This document shows, one piece after another, positions 1 through 12,637 of a stretch of DNA of 64,000 bases. The stretch is from Marsupella aquatica. Taxonomy: Eukaryota > Plantae > Marchantiophyta. A model generated the notes under the pieces. The model had not been told where the DNA came from. It did no database searches and worked only from the letters and a program-made list of their open reading frames with translations. The stretch lies in NCBI GenBank assembly GCA_973895155.1, contig OZ316898.1:1118751-1182750 (forward strand). Reading direction: 5' to 3'. Position 1 is the stretch's first letter. The number at the start of each line of letters is the position of its first letter. The position numbers were made by a program, and so were the translations under genes.

Positions 1-409
1 TTCTCGTTCGGTCAGTAGGTGAGCCCTCCTCACATCCTCTCGTTCTGCGGCTGGTGGCATTCGCTCTGTCGAGCTGTTCCAGCTTCTGCTTAATCGATCT
101 GGCCGTCTTACTCACTTCTGAAACGTCTTTATCCATACGGTCTCTCAAGGCTTTCATGGCCTGGGCTTTGTGAATGGTCTTGCTCTCTTCGTTGGCGTCC
201 TGTAATTTGGCAAGGAGCTGTTTGATTCTGTCCATCTCATTCTTGATGATGTCCACCTCCTCGAAGAAGACCTTAAGGTTCTTCTCCGGATCCAGGCCCT
301 GCATCTCCACCTCGCCCCCGTATTCTACGTCATGGAGGTTGTCTTTCTTCAAATCGACATAGTTCCGCGCCCGCCCCGCGGAATAGGTTTTCGTCAGTAG
401 GTCGTTCAT
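1..409 (-). CDS. SYP1-family Qa-SNARE syntaxin (KNOLLE/SYP11-12-like), 5' part only; runs off the window
   Basis: ATG at 409-407. Manual translation gives MNDLLTKTYSAGRARNYVDLKKD...NLKVFFEEVDIIKNEMDRIKQLLAKLQDANEESKTIHKAQAMKALRDRMDKD...GCEEGSPTDRTR. This is a syntaxin N-peptide plus Habc domain, with no intron in the visible part. Confidence 0.93.
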   Translation of the reverse strand, partial: MNDLLTKTYSAGRARNYVDLKKDNLHDVEYGGEVEMQGLDPEKNLKVFFEEVDIIKNEMDRIKQLLAKLQDANEESKTIHKAQAMKALRDRMDKDVSEVSKTARSIKQKLEQLDRANATSRRTRGCEEGSPTDRTR

Positions 410-497
410 CTTGCCCGGCAGCTACTGTCCTCTCCAACGTTGCCCTCCCAGCGCTCTCTCTCTCTGACAGAGATGACAACACCAAACTACCTCTGCT

Positions 498-1782
498 CCG
501 TTGGCCGACGACACTCCAGTACAACACCAACACTTTCCCTTTCAAGGCCCAGCAGGATACAGTTTACGTTTCTCCCCTCGTGGTCTCGTCCACGGTGCCG
601 AGACAGAGCTTTCCAAAAACGTGCACACAACCAAACCACACTTTCTGGAAACGACTGAGTGGAGATCTTCACCTAAGAGCGAGGTCTGATGAAGCGAGTC
701 CAGCAGGTACTCAACGGCTAATCCGGGGGTGGTGTCTCGGCCCCTCTCCCTACACGAGGAATCGAGACGAGACTGACTGCAATAACTCACGACTAGTAGG
801 TTCTGTTGAGTCCGTTTAGACCCCTTTTTTCAACCAGACAGCCACAACAACAACACTCCAGTTGTTTCCGGTGCAACCTCCTCCAGCACCACCATCCCAC
901 GACGGATCAACCTCCGTCGACGAGAGATCGTTCAATCACGACGAAGAGAAAACACGTTTCTGCCAGTAAAGCAACAATAAACCCCACCTGACTAACTTTC
1001 AAATCACCACTGATCTCCTTCGATGGGAAACCTCTCCACCCTCCGTTCTTCGTCTTCCTCAGTAGTGAATCCCGCTCACACAGATCGCCTCAAAATGCCT
1101 CCCAAAGAGCCCCCAACAGAAATCACAACGAGCAGCAGAATCAACAAATTACAGATCGCCCACAACTCGAACGAGGCAGTAGTAGGCCGAGATTTGTTCC
1201 TCACTTTGTTTGCTCGTCACTCAACGCCTCTCACCGTTCTTCACATCCCCGCTTCTTCCTCTGTAAGCCCCTCCCTCGCAATCAAACACCTTCTTCAAAC
1301 AGCGTGGGTGCCTGGGTGGGCTTGGACGAAGCAGGCAGAATAATTAATAATGGATGTCGAGGACGACTCGGGAACGGCTCGCCCACACTCCCTCGGAGTT
1401 CCGCCCAGCTGAGTAAAACTACTCCTCCGACTGTACAGGACTCCTGTTGCCCTCGCTCTTCCTTTCCCTCCTCCGTCAACGACTTTTCCTTCGGTCGGTC
1501 GTTTTCACCGTTTTCACGACGAAAAGCGTAGCCGGAAACCGCGTTGACAACTCGGAGTTGGCGCGCCGGAGACAAAAAGCGGGATCTATCCTCAGGTTTA
1601 AGAGACGGCAATTCGGCAAACCACCGTGATCAATTGGCTCCACCACGGTTAAACGTTTTCAAAAGCGACCCAGTTCTGTACTGCGCTCTGCTCCGGACGG
1701 CGACCAGCATCCGCTCGTTTTCTGAGATTCGTGCATCTCGTCCGTGCAATAGGGGCAACGGCTCTTACAGCAGGAGTCCGTT
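498..1782. promoter_or_regulatory. Cluster of MSA-like (AACGG) MYB3R cores in the 5' region of the syntaxin
   Basis: AACGG or CCGTT at 498, 713, 812, 1043, 1234, 1373, 1508, 1757 and 1778. Confidence 0.4.
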
Positions 1783-4014
1783 TTGAACAGGCAGGGGAGA
1801 CACATCGGAATCCTCGCTTGGATGAACACAATGATAACCTTTCGCAAATCTCTGATTTTCTTCCCGTGTGAGAACTTTGAGACTGGTGTGCTATGTACAG
1901 TACGTTCTCGATAGCCTGCGTATACACTCGTGTCATCCGGGCTAGCACAATATTTAAATAGTTGTTAAATTTTCGGGCTAGACTAACATATTATTTACAA
2001 ATTTTGTATGACAAGTTTCAAACGCTGCTGGTTGCGCATGTTATAGATTTTCTGCCCTAAGCCCAAATATTCATGTTTGGAGTTTTCATAAACACGTCCA
2101 CTCATGTTTTGGGCTATGCCGGCCAATATGGATATGTCTGGTGACATAAAAAACTCACAAAATAGAAATTTTACCTAAAAAGTAGCAAAGAGGGGTTTAA
2201 AAAAGCTAAAGTAACAATTTTAGATACTTTACCCCTTTTGACAAAAGACAATTCACCGTTAAAATTTCTTTCGAGGTTATGACCTGTTTTTTTTTTGTTA
2301 GAGACCTTAAGAAAGGATTTTTTAGCATATTTCTCACAAATCAGTCTGTGGACCCCAGGCTTAATGCTTGTGAGTATACTAATAAGTGTTCTCCCATAAA
2401 GGTTGTTGGAGTTCATTTCTAACGCTGGCTCAAACACCTCTTGCATCCAAATTGCCCGATTGCTCCTCTCCTGACAAAGGATTACTTTGGAACCTACTAA
2501 GACTAGTACATGCAAAAAACATTACTATTGCCTCCTCTAGAGTCGCCTCTGGGTCCTGCTACCCTAGGCGTCCTCTTGGCCCTCCTTGTCTGCTTGACCT
2601 ACTAACCATGGAAGAGGATGCAACCGACCTGCTAGTGGGATGCCACAGCTGTTCTACTACCAACAGCCACAAAAGGTCAATTAACACCAAAGACCCACTT
2701 AGTCTAACAAAATTAATGCAAAAGAAGGTTGTTCAAAAGACTCAACATGTACCCAAAAAAATATAAAATTAAAAAATTTACAAAAATGAGCGCTGTGCAA
2801 CGTACGAAGGCCTTGCAAAACAAGTTGCTTTGCATTGAGTTTGCAAACCCCGTGCAAAAACTGTATGGAAAAAGGTTGTAGATTTTGCAAAGGACTTGCA
2901 AAGTAATCCACTTTGCAAGAGCTTTGCAAAGTTGTTATGCAACAAACAAAACTAGAACCTCGTGCAGACTGTGTGAGAGAAAATTGAAAATTTGGGAGCA
3001 AAGGGAAATAATTTGATTCTATCCAAACCATTTGTCTGAGCACCAAGAAAAAAACCTTGTTTTCTGCTTCAATTAAAAATATTTTTTGTGATGGTTTATT
3101 GGAATAGCGTTTCTTGTGTTCTAGAGACTATTGCATCATATCTTTTGCAGGCCAGCTATTATGCTCAATCACTTGCTCGATTGTGAAAAGATCTTTTAAT
3201 TAAAGAATACAATCGGCTCTATAATTAATTGCAGAGCACTTCGTGTAGGACTTCTTAACAGTGTGTCCTAAAATCAGACTACCAAGCATAGCTTACCACT
3301 GGTCGGATTGTAAATATAAAAACTCATTTGTTCCACATTTTTTTGTTATAAAGAGCAATGCTTTAAGATTGTATCTCTCAAGATGATTGTTTCTCCCCAT
3401 ATTGGTATACTCTCTGGCAGGTTTTTTGACAGATAATTTAGCATTCATAATAACACTAGGAATTACTTGGTCTTGTAGTAATCACATATCTGAGCATTGC
3501 AACATGAGACCTTGGATTTATGTTGCTAGAATATGGGTTCTCAACTGCAAGAGACCTTTGCTTTGGTGATCTCTAAGCTACAATCTCTACTGATTGGACT
3601 ATTCTTCTTGTTAAGAACAAATTGCAACTCGCTTGCTTGAGGGCTACCTCAGTGTATATTTGGAGGTACATTTGGAGATATCATACGTGATCCTAGTTTA
3701 GTATAAATACTTCTATTTGAAAAATAGATTATATGAATATTTTGTAATTTTAATATTTATGAGTTATTTAAGCCACATGTTAGAAAACATGTTATAATTG
3801 GAGTATAATACTTACTTGACCTCCTATGCCTTTTTATATGAAAAGTTAGCTAATATGCATCAAAATACTATTTTGGATTGCACACTATTCTCACAATGTT
3901 TTAGTAGTCGACCCCACAAGCTCGTTTTACAATCATCATCTCCCTCTCATTGACAATTGTTCACGTTCTTGGTTTAAGATATGGTATGTTACTACTATTT
4001 AAAAAAATAAAAAT

Positions 4015-4128
4015 TAAAGGGAATCTGTGAAACCTCACAAAAAGGGAAGAGTCAGCCACATAGTTAGGAAGATTCTGCCCACAACAATTGAACCCAAACC
4101 TATCAGTCTACCACAAAGTCATGCCTCT
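4015..4128 (-). repeat. Short dispersed repeat, possible tRNA-derived SINE (copy 1)
   Basis: The reverse complement aligns with 12530-12637 (AGAGGCATGACTTTGTGGTAG...ACTGATAG...TTGGGTTCAA...TGTGAGGTTTCACAGATT). Confidence 0.55.
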
Positions 4129-5910
4129 CTTACTAAGTGGACAATAGCTTTCCTAAAGCTGTAGCCCTCTTGGGACACAAGTTCCTCTGTTGACATTTGT
4201 CCCACCATTGTCCTTGAACATAAAGTCTTTGATTGCTATTTCTTAAGTAAAATTTTAGTCAAGAGGAATTTTGTTAGTTGCAAAGCAACCTGTCCCTAAC
4301 AATAAATATGATGTTGAAATGTAGATCCGTCACCATTGGTGTCAGTGAGGAGGCAGATCCGCAAGACCCCCCCCCCCCCAATTTGATTGCATCATTTGGA
4401 TATTAATCTCTTTGATTCCCTTACAACGCATGGGCATGCATCTTTGCCTTGCCTTGCCTTGATTTCTTTGACTTGCCTCAACATACTCTAGTGCAATGTC
4501 AGGGCATTGGGCTAGTCCAGGGCATTGGGCTAGTCCAGGATAATTAAGCTAGTAGACAGAAAGGTTGAGTGCAAATAAAAGCAAAGGATATCATCTTGAG
4601 TACAATTATATGGTTCTTCTCTTGGTACTCCCTAAAGGTTGTCTAGCTTCAAAACAAAATCTTGGAGCTACTGTACAATGAGCTCTGGCAGCATCTTAAT
4701 CCCAAACATTTTTCTTGGATAGAATTCGTAAGCTTACACAATAAGATGAACCTCCATCCATGCGTGCCAAAATATTGTTGGGAATTGGGAAAAGGCTATT
4801 GCAACCCTGCAACGAAAACCCTCTTTTCTGTTCACAGCTTCAGATGACAAAAAAACCACACTCATCGTTGGAAATTTGTGGGTCTCTCAATTCTCAATGC
4901 TGTAAACCTGTAGCTCTGTCAATTCTCGACGAAATTTGACTTTCGTTCATAGAGCTGCGAAGATTGCTGCGCTGAGAAAGCACAACGTACGAGCGCCATA
5001 GCAATCAGTTGGGGAGCTGCGCATCTCTGTTAATGCCTCGCCTCACACCTGCCTGCCCTAATCCTCTGAGGGATGCAACGGAGCTGGGCCAAAATCTCTT
5101 TGGAGAAGTCTCAAAGGATAGCATAGAATTGTTGCCGGAATAGAATTTTGTACCTTGCTGAACAGCTCTGCTTCGACTGGAAAGGTAAGAGGAACTCAAC
5201 AGAGCCACCAGAATACGCGGCGTGACATATTGGCCGATTTCACAGGATGAAAACATAACTACTGGACTGGTTTTGAACCTAGAAGTGTTGATGAGAATGA
5301 TGCTCTCTCCAAAACGCCACATGAAAGGAAAAGTGTCTATCTAGCTCCACCAAGTAGGCACTAGACCTCCTGAAGACAGAAGCTCCGGTGGATAACTCTC
5401 AGGATGAATTGGTTTAGGGTTAACAGCTTTGAAAGCTCTATCAATTAATACTCGGGCAACTAGGTCGAGGCTTTTTCTCAAGCTCCTGCAAATAAATCTT
5501 ATCTCTGCTAGCACTCTGTCTCGTTTTCGTTCTAGTACATTTGGTTTGAGCATTTTGTCGAAGCTCAGCACAGAAGTCTTAGCGTTTCAAGCACTGTCGC
5601 TGTATTAGTCGTCTTTGAATTGATGCAGTGGAATTTGTGCAATGATGGTTTATCGAGCATTCAGTGATGTTTGACTTTCAAGTACTAAAATTTCTGCAAT
5701 GATGGCTCCTGCAGTTCACTTGCACGTCTCTGTGGCACTCGGGACTCCCGGCTATCATGGTCTAACAAGCAACAGAAAAAACTAGGAATCTCGCCCGGTT
5801 TCTTCCCTGCCCGTGTCATTTCTCGCTTCGGACGGACGGAAAACAATTTAGTTCGGGACAGCTCTCACTTCGCCCAGGAATGTGCTGTGGGTGACTGAGA
5901 AGCCTTCGAG

Positions 5911-8900
5911 ATGCGGTGCAAGTCGCTGCAATCTCTTTGGCGCCTCTGCGGACAAGCGGCCAGACCTCAGCATCAAAGGCTTCGGAGCACGTTCCTTAGC
6001 TCTGATGCTCTGCATTGTATGCCTGGAGATGGGTCGAGGTGGATTTCTGGAGCTGGCGGGTGTTTCTTCTCCACAGGTCAGTGTTGAAACTGTGCTTTCG
6101 GACATCATGGGGTTTAACCCTCTCGTCCTCTGATGTTGTAGCGGGAAGTGGAATAAGGTGTCGAGGCGTTGCGCTGAGTTGTGACATTTGATGTATGGTC
6201 AGGGAGACGCACCCCGATTGCTCAGGATATGTTGGCAGTGATGGAGAGGCGAATGGCCTCACTGGAGGGACGTCATGCTTATCTCAATCAAGCTCTTTCT
6301 CAGGTACGACGCGGAGCTCACTTTTGTGGATCACTTCTAATTCTCCTGTCCACCATTTCGTTTCCATATGGTTTGGGGCTTCAGTTCCAAGCCTTATGTT
6401 CTTTCTGCTTTTGTATTCTTTCGTCGAGAAATTTCTGAATGGGTTGGGAAATGTAGGGGTGATAAGAGACTTTGAGCTGGAATTATTTTAGACCGATAAC
6501 CTTAAGAGTATTCTGCTTGAAGACAGTCTGCAGCTACCCCGGATGAAATTGCCAAGATAAATAAAGAGCTCAGCAGGATGGAAGACTGTATCAATTGCAT
6601 ATCTCAGTTGAAGGCCAAGCGAAAGGTACGTTCCATATTTTCAAATACAATTGTACGGAGAAGCATACTTGGGTGCAATTTAGCAGATTTCTTATTTGCT
6701 TTTAGCAAGTACTGCAATGGTAGTCTTAATGAAACGTGTAGTGTGGATTTAGATCATGGTGGATGTCTGTTACCGGGACTTTGATAATATCGATGAATAG
6801 CAGGAGATGGAAGGACTGAAAGGTCTTCTGGAGGAATCTTTGGACGACGATGAGATGTATCGGATGGCTGCAGATGAATTACGCATGGCAAGCATTGATG
6901 GATTAGAGCTCCAGCATGACTTGCTCTTTCATATGCTTCCTAAAGATGAGGCTGACAGCCGAGGATGTATTCTGGAGGTCAGAGCAGGTGAATCATCATT
7001 GCAGCGGCTGTTTCTAACTAAAGGGCTGCAGAGTACTGTTTGATCTCTAACCGTGTAGACTTCAGACTTGGTGCAGTCATGTTTCAGAGGAAAACTAGGC
7101 AGAACTCTCATGAACACTAAGGATGTTCACGATAATGATGTATCTATTATTCCTTAGCTTTAATGATCCCGTTTATGGTGCAATTTGGTTGTGGCAGGAA
7201 GTGGAGGGGAAGAAGCATCCCTGTTTGCGATGGACATTTTCAAAATGTAACGGTCTCACTTGGGAAGGGTTACTCTTACAGTTATTTGAAAATTTGCTTT
7301 GTCAATGTCTCGCTGTAGTTGTACTTCTTTTGATTGTTTTATTGTCTGCATCAAGTTGATGTCTTGTGAACGTGAGTATCGATAATATACGAGTAGTGAG
7401 ACTCACCTTCTCCATTCGTTTGGTGCATGGCAGGTATGAAAGATATTCCCAGAAGAATTCGTGGCGGTTTGAGGTTTTGGATGTAACCGAGACAGATCTT
7501 CGAGGCTACAAGGTGTTCTTCTACCCAACAGCTTTTGAAAGTTATTCACATTTTGTTCTTAGATGGATCTTGATATCAGCGTCAGAGTCCTTCATTACTG
7601 GTCACATGCTATCTCTAAAGTGAGTGCTGCCTTCTTGATCTGTGCAGCAACTTCCAAGGCCCTTCTGCGTTTGGTTGGTTTTCGCTTGTAGACGTGGCAT
7701 GCTTGTGCGACCTACGTGTGTTTTGGTCTGATAGGAGAACTATGCCCTCGAGAACTTCTTGTCGTTCTTTACTGGGGAAAATCCATCGGGGCAACGGAAA
7801 TTTGATACCCGCAAACGTTCTGATAACACAACCTTTGCCTTGCAGGAAGCTAGTGCTTCAATAACAGGGAACGGTGTCTTTGGCAGACTTAAATTTGAAA
7901 GTGGGGTTCACCGTGTTCAGGTAACCTGTCTGATCTGGTTTTCAACGTCCTGGTGATATTAGATGATGCCTAGAAACAAATGTTGTTAGAGGATACATTA
8001 AGACACGGGATTACTACTGGCTTCGATTGCCTGGCTGCGTACTCATTGAGTATTGTATGGTGCATGTTTCAGAGAGTTCCAGTGACGGAAAAGCAAGGTC
8101 GCGTGCACACCAGTGCTGCATCGGTGGCAGTGCTACCTCAAGCGGATGAGGTGCGTATGAAATTTGGCCACTCTTATACTAATGCGTCAGTCAAGGCTGT
8201 CACCCATAGTTTGTGCTCCCTCACGAATTGCTCATTATGAAAAGGTCATGGATTCTGTCTGTTTCGCAGGTGGATGTAAACATACGAAATGATGATTTGC
8301 GCATTGACACGTACCGTTCAGGCGGCGCTGGTGGCCAACATACCAACACAACTAACAGTGCTGTCCGCGTCACTCATATTCCCACTGGCACTGTTGTTGC
8401 CATCCAAGATGAACGGTCCCAAGGCCAGGTGTGGATTTCTCACTTTGTCTCCTGATGTGTGGCCTTATGATGATAATGAATCTAGACAGCTTTATGGAAA
8501 AGAATTGTCGATCTTATTCTTAGGTAGGATGTAAGCAGCTGTCTTGGTTATAGAGGAGATATTGGCAATCTTGTGCTTATGCCAGGTTGGCCACAAGGTT
8601 GGCAATTGGCATAAAACTTCATTGCAATTTTTTGTCATGTGTAGTCTGATGATCGTGGGTGCTGGTTTTGAAACTTAGAATAAGGCCAAGGCACTCAAGA
8701 TTCTACGAGCAAAATTGTTTGAGAGGGAGAGGTTTCGCCAGAGTGCCATGCGATCAGAGCTACGACAGGATCAGGTAAGTGATTTCTAGGACTGGTCTTG
8801 TATGACCCAGATGTATCCTTAAATCTTCGTCTACTTCAGATATTTGTCTCGCTTACCACACTATCTTCTCTTGTCTTAGCTCCATGCACTCTGGATTGAG

Positions 8901-9204
8901 GATCTATCGTTGAAAGACTTTTTGGAACCGATATGAATGCTTTAATGTTTGGTCAATTGTCAAGGTTTGGTCTTCTTTGTTCTCTACTAAGTTATCACTA
9001 TGACAGATTGGATCAGGAGATCGCTCTGAGCGCATTCGGACTTATAATTTCCCACAAGGACGGGTGACGGATCACCGTGTGGGTATAACTCAACACTCAA
9101 TTGAGCACATATTACAAGGGGAAGGTATTGACAATTTCATTGACGCTCTTGAACTGAAGCAAGAAACAGACGCTCTTGCTTCTTTGAAAATTGGGCTAGA
9201 TTAA
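5911..9204 (+). CDS. prfA: Organellar (probably mitochondrial) peptide chain release factor 1, 11 exons
   Basis: GT-AG exons at 5911-6076, 6203-6303, 6527-6625, 6804-6987, 7198-7246, 7434-7512, 7846-7920, 8073-8150, 8270-8428, 8679-8774 and 9007-9204. Motifs: [24 protein letters not shown] (RF1 PxT motif), SGGAGGQH (GGQ), [23 protein letters not shown]. The Arg/Ser/Leu-rich N-terminus ([12 protein letters not shown]...FFST) resembles a mitochondrial presequence. Confidence 0.93.
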
Positions 9205-10479
9205 GCATCTTGGGCAAAGAACAAGTGCACATTTACCCGTTCCCCCTCAATGCATCTGGTCATGCTGGAAGCTGTTCAGTACTGGCAGGTTTCTCTCATT
9301 ATTTCTCGACCACTTGAACCATAACGATGAATATGAAACCAAGTGGCAGTGATTGCAAGGCCAGGGGCTGCGTGACGGACGGAGACCTTGCCCATTCTTC
9401 CTGATTTGGAAAGCCGTTGTCCAGCAGCATCTATTTGCCGGCCCTTCAGAGTTTCATCTTGAAGGTGGACATGAAGCTTGGCAGGCAATCTTGTCGCCCT
9501 TATAGGCTAATGACACCATCTTCCAGCTGTCCAAGTTATATCATGGGGATACAACTCGAAAACTCTGAAGACAGGATAATTCGGAGAAGAAATTCGAAGT
9601 GTGATGTTACACATCAGTGACCCCTCTGCCTGTCATCAGTTAGGTCATCACTATTCTAGGAGTTGACCTCCAGCTTGTCCAAGGTGAACGAGTAAGGGGA
9701 AAAAATCTTTGGGTCGTTTCTTGTAAGAAGTGATTCTATTTTTGGGTGAATCCTTGTATGTGGAGGAGGCCATCTAAACAGCTTTTCCTTGCCATACGGC
9801 ACTTGAGCCAATTTGATAGAATGTCAGTATGAAGTTCAGTTTGCCGAAGTTGGTTTAAGGTATAGGGTGCACCAGTGAGGCTTTGAGTTGCACTGTCAAT
9901 AACTTTCGATTCAGTCGAAAACTATGTGTCTCCACATGGGTATTTGAAAGATCAGTCAGAAAATGCGGAATTCTCACGAGATCTTGATTGAAATGGAAGA
10001 ATTTACTCCAAGCAAAGAAAGTATGGAGTTCGTTTGCTCTCTTGGCTATTTGGACTATCTGTTATTTATTTATTTTTCAATTTATTCCGACAAAGTATCT
10101 CCTTGACAATTTATTACTTTCTTCCATCTCTTTTAATTTTCTATTTTCTTTTCTAATCTTTACATAGGTTTATTTATCATTATATATCTTGGTTAACCTT
10201 GTATAACGTTATATTGTCTCTTGTTTCTTTGACAATTTTTATTTCCTCTAGACTAAGGAAGAGTCACCTTTGAATAAATAAATAAATATCTAAAACATTT
10301 TTACTTCCTCTAGAATAAGGAAGAGTCACCTGAGGATGGCTCCCCCTGTCTGACCAGGTGTCCATTATACCATATACTTGCTCAATACTAGTCACAGCCT
10401 TTTCTACACGTTTTATACGCCCATGCCTAAGCGGTTTAGATCAATTAGTGGCACCTGAACAGAGCTCCCCTCAAAATGT

Positions 10480-10855
10480 TGTATACGAAGGTACATTCCC
10501 CTTGAAATGTAGCAGAAGGTGCACTCAAGTTGACATATTCAATCTTTTTCACCCAGGAAGTGTTGTACAAGAGAGTACACCCAAGACGAGATATTGTATG
10601 CCCCTTTTACCCAGAAAGTATTATAGCAATGGGTACATTCAGGATCACTCCCACCCAGAAATTTCACCCAGGAGGTATTGTACAAGAGAGTACACCCAAG
10701 ACAAGATATTGTGTGTCCCTTTTACCCATAAAGTATTGTAGCAATGGGTACATTCAGGATGAGCCTCTCTTCCACCCAGAAAGTACTGTACCAAAAGGTG
10801 CACTTAAAAAACTGAGATACTGTACGTCTCATTCACCCGTAAGGTACTATAGCAG
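10480..10855 (+). repeat. Degenerate tandem repeat, ~115-bp unit with internal subrepeats
   Basis: CACCCAGGA.GT.TTGTACAAGAGAGTACACCCAAGAC.AGATATTGT...TAGCAATGGGTACATTCAGGAT occurs at ~10550 and ~10666, with weaker copies on either side. Confidence 0.75.
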
Positions 10856-12529
10856 ATCACTTTTTGATAAGTACTTTGTCAATACCCCTATTATAGCATG
10901 TTCATCTTCGAACATGCTTCATTTGTTGTTTTTTAGTGAAATCCAGGTGAACGAATTTTTTTGTTGCAAATATAAACAGTAGGAAGATGTATAGGCTATG
11001 ATATTGAAACGTTGTGCACATAAGGTACAAGAGTAAAAGTACACATGTAAAGAAAAATAATAATGACCAGGAAAAGTTTAAGTCCATGGTATTAGGTTGT
11101 GCACATACTGTACACCAGTAGAGTTATGTACTTACCTTTGGTAATGACACTCAAATGAATTAAAACCATAAATTTAGGACACAAAACCATGAGTAGAACT
11201 TAAAGACAGAAGGAGTGCACTTTATTTAGATCATTTCTTCTTCACTCATGAGAATAAGGGCTAAAATTCAGTGAGCTTTGTTAAAGGGTGGATGATCTTA
11301 AATATAGCAAAGATTAAAAAATTAGAGGGGTGCCAGAATAAATTCAAAATCTAAACTATAAAGGGATGCAAGTTGGTAAGACACATTGAATTAAAAATAC
11401 ATAAGAAACAAAGTTTGAATAAGACAAAATACTGGAAGGTGGATTCACCATATAGCAGTTTAACAATTACTGTTGAATATTTTTTTGTGAATGAATCAAA
11501 TTAGTGTTATCTTAGAAAAGAGACCCCATAATTATATGAAAGAGCTTCCTCCTAAGAAATAGTCTTGCCACTATTAGTTTAGGAAGAGTATTTGGAAATT
11601 ATTGGTTTAAAAGCTTTCAAGCCAACTATTTATTGTTCAAGTGAATCATTCTGCTTATGATCTCAACATGTCCTGACAGATTGAGAGGGTCACATTGTGA
11701 AGGTCAGCCCTCTAAATTGCAAATCAAGCCTAATGTTATATATCATGTTGTCAAGGAACAAAAAGGGGTTAACTGGCATCTCAAAGGCAAGAGACCCAGT
11801 AAAGGAAAAGCCCCCTTCTAGGTACAGCTGAAAAGGTGGAAACCCTGTTGATATTATTAGATATTGGAACTATTGCCTGCAGCTTGGCAAGTCACCAAGA
11901 TTCCATATAATACTTTCTTTATCTTATGAGGTACAGCTGAAAAGATGGAAAACCTATTATACATCTCAAAGTGCCAACGGGCAAAAATGCCAAACCGGGA
12001 GACAGGGTCCCAAAGGCAAAGCAACCCAATAAAGGGAAAGGAAGGTCAAGCCAGCATGCCCCCGAAGCTAAGAGAGTTAGAGGAGGGCTGGCCGCTTGCA
12101 CAGCGACTCCACGAGGGGCCAAAGGAGGGGGCATCAGCCGAGACTGACGACCTCCCCTCCAGGAGGGAAGGCCTCATAATGAGCCCACAACCGGGTGCAG
12201 CCAGGCCCAAGGTGCGCACCCTGGCCAAAATGAGGCCGAAGCCTCACAGCCCACTCCTGCACCGTGGCCCAGCTCCCTTATGCTCCATTCCATTACGCTG
12301 GGCAGGGGATCCCACTTCTTAACCTATTGGTGGTAGACAATGAGCAATTGCCTGGATTCTGGCTCTATCAGCATGTCACTAAGATTCCACAAAGGACTTT
12401 GCTTACCACTTTTAGTTATTAAACAGCAACTACTGTAGTAACACAAAAGAACTATGACCCATAGTTATTATACAGTACTGGAGGTTTTGTAAAATAGTGT
12501 AGTTTAAAAATTTGTCAAGATTGGCCCAA

Positions 12530-12637
12530 AGAGGCATGACTTTGTGGTAGCTCACTTGAATAGAGACTGATAGATCTTGGGTTCAACTATTGTGATTGAC
12601 TTTCCTTTTCTGTGAGGTTTCACAGATTTCCCCTTTA
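12530..12637 (+). repeat. Short dispersed repeat, possible tRNA-derived SINE (copy 2)
   Basis: Homologous to 4015-4128(-). Contains A-box-like TGACTTTGTGG and B-box-like GGTTCAACT, followed by an A-rich tract. Confidence 0.55.
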
